DNA of 54,194 nucleotides from Malassezia furfur. Its lineage: Eukaryota. Both the position numbers and the translations under genes were made by a program. The stretch lies in assembly GCA_052055015.1 (NCBI GenBank), contig JBQJIT010000025.1, one strand, 5' to 3'. Shown piece by piece: positions 52,837-54,194 of this stretch. Numbering within the stretch: position 1 is the first letter of the stretch; the number at the start of each line of letters is the position of its first letter. Under the pieces are notes generated by a model, which had not been told where the DNA came from, did no database searches, and saw only the letters and a list, made by a program, of their open reading frames with translations.

Positions 52837-54144
52837 TTACTCATCGTCGCGACGCGGCGCCGTGTCCGCGTATCGGTCTTGCGTCTCCCGCTCGTCACGG
52901 TAGTCACCACGCTCGCGATCGTCGTCACGGTACATGCCCGGGCTGCGCGAGCGCGCGCGCGGCGGAGGCGATGACCCACGCACGGGGCTCGCGCCACGAC
53001 GCCAGTCCGGCGCATCGGACGGCGCACCGCGACGGTGCCCACGGGGCTCGCCACGGTCATCCCGCGTACGGGGGTGGTCGCTGTACCGATCACGCGGGAA
53101 CCGGTCGTCACGACCGCGCGCATAGCGGTCGTCACGGCCACCGTAGCGGTCACCGCCGTAGCGGTCGTCGCGGTCGCGCGGATAGCGGTCGCGGTCGTCG
53201 CGGTCACGGGGGTAGCGATCGCGGTCATAGCGGTCGCCGCCGTAGCGGTCGTCACGGTCGCGGGGGTACCGGTCGTAGCGGTCGTCACCACGGTCCCGGC
53301 CATAACCACCACGGCCGTACCCGCGGTCGTACCCACGGTCGTCGCGGTCACGCCCACGATCGCCAGGCACGTACGCACTTCCGCGGTACGAGCTGCCCGT
53401 GCGCGGCGGGCGGTCGTCCACGGGCCGCGGGTTGCCGCGGTATTCGCCTGGCGTCGGGTCGTGCGCACGCGACGTGCTCGAGAAGTCCACGCGGATGCGC
53501 CGGCCATGCAGGTCGAGATCGTTCAGCTGCTTCACAGCCTCAGTTGCACTCTCCACGTCGCGCATCGTCACAAAGCCAAAGCCGCGTGAGCGGCCCGTGC
53601 GCGCATCGTACACAATCACCACCTTCTCAACCGGCCCAATTCGGCCAAACTCGTCCTCGAGATCGCGCTCCGTCGTGCGGATGCTCAGACCGAACGCGCC
53701 AACAATGTTGGAGGGCGACGGCGATGGCCGCGACGGTGGCGGGCCACGCGCACGCGGCGGGGCAGGGGGGTATCCGGCACGGTCGCGACCGCGGTCCCGG
53801 TCGCGATCACGATCGTCGTAGCGCCGCGACGGCGGCGGCGCGCGCCCATCGTCCCCGCGCCCGCGGCGGGGAGGTGCATAGCGCGATCCACGGTCATCGC
53901 GGTCGTTGCGGCCGTCGCGGTCGTAGTCGCGCATCTCCGTGTCCGGATCTTCGCGCGCGTCGCGACGGTCATAGTCGTCGTTCTGCGCGTTGTCCCAGTC
54001 GCGCTCGCCGCGCATATCCGAGGTGTCATCCAGAATATGCACGTCCTCGCTCAACTCCTCGCGGCCGGCATGGATGGGGCTCGAAATAGGGTCGTTCACG
54101 TCAGCCTGCACGTCAGCATGGTCCAAGCGCGTGCTACCCACCAT
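52837..54144 (-). CDS. TRA2: Transformer-2-like RRM splicing factor with RD/RY-rich flanks
   Basis: GAFGLSIRTTERDL...VYDARTGRSRGFGFV...GRRIRVDFSSTSRAHDPTPGEYRG matches the Tra2 RRM plus linker; probable 36-nt intron 54141-54106 right after the ATG. Confidence 0.8.
   Translation of the reverse strand: MVGSTRLDHADVQADVNDPISSPIHAGREELSEDVHILDDTSDMRGERDWDNAQNDDYDRRDAREDPDTEMRDYDRDGRNDRDDRGSRYAPPRRGRGDDGRAPPPSRRYDDRDRDRDRGRDRAGYPPAPPRARGPPPSRPSPSPSNIVGAFGLSIRTTERDLEDEFGRIGPVEKVVIVYDARTGRSRGFGFVTMRDVESATEAVKQLNDLDLHGRRIRVDFSSTSRAHDPTPGEYRGNPRPVDDRPPRTGSSYRGSAYVPGDRGRDRDDRGYDRGYGRGGYGRDRGDDRYDRYPRDRDDRYGGDRYDRDRYPRDRDDRDRYPRDRDDRYGGDRYGGRDDRYARGRDDRFPRDRYSDHPRTRDDRGEPRGHRRGAPSDAPDWRRGASPVRGSSPPPRARSRSPGMYRDDDRERGDYRDERETQDRYADTAPRRDDE
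53095..53355 (-). repeat. Coding imperfect tandem repeats (RYPRDRDDR / RYGGDRY) within the TRA2-like gene
   Basis: Recurrent tagcggtcgtc / cggtcgcg units on the plus strand. Confidence 0.7.
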
Positions 54145-54165
54145 CCTTACAGCAAGACAGGAAGT

Positions 54166-54188
54166 GGGGGGCCCCCCCCCCCCCCCCC
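54166..54188. repeat. G6-C17 homopolymer tract at the window end
   Basis: gggggg followed by 17 c, just upstream of the TRA2-like ATG; may mark an assembly break. Confidence 0.7.
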
Positions 54189-54194
54189 GGGCCC

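Noticed and set aside
53095..53355. Repeat array resembling a CRISPR array or satellite
   Set aside because: Imperfect, in-frame repeats encoding an RD-rich tail; no constant repeat with unique spacers; eukaryotic context.
54166..54194. G/C homopolymer as a telomere or G-quadruplex element
   Set aside because: Not a tandem telomeric repeat, and it lies at the window edge where homopolymer length is unreliable.

Overview
Eukaryotic, gene-dense fungal chromosome segment. The protein set (basidiomycete-type H2A/H2B, Ust1/StuA-type APSES factor, intronless FKS1), the very short intergenic spaces and the tiny GT-AG introns point to a Malassezia-like ustilaginomycotine yeast; the genus is my inference. 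I support 31 protein-coding genes and two intron-containing tRNA genes (Asp-GTC, Arg-CCT). The genes include the BCK1 C-terminus, MTR10, VPS4, PLD, CIT1, HEM4, a PQ-loop transporter, BET1, a rhomboid, IWR1, FKS1, ERG5, TFB4, cyclin L, VPS24, H2B/H2A, a CoA Nudix hydrolase, a JMJD5-like enzyme, IDH1/IDH2 and a TRA2-like protein. I reconstructed 28 spliceosomal introns by hand (21-41 nt, median about 24-25), which corrects many ORFs in the supplied track. No mobile element or CRISPR array is evident. Best second-look items: a BTG/Tob-domain gene (a family characterised in animals); a VPS4 start codon split by an intron and overlapping PLD's first ATG; seven stop-free in-frame micro-introns; a 7-copy GTCCAC cluster in the H2A/H2B promoter; and a head-to-head IDH1/IDH2 pair with mirrored promoter motifs plus an 11-mer shared with the CIT1 promoter. 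Family assignments come from motif recognition, not database searches.
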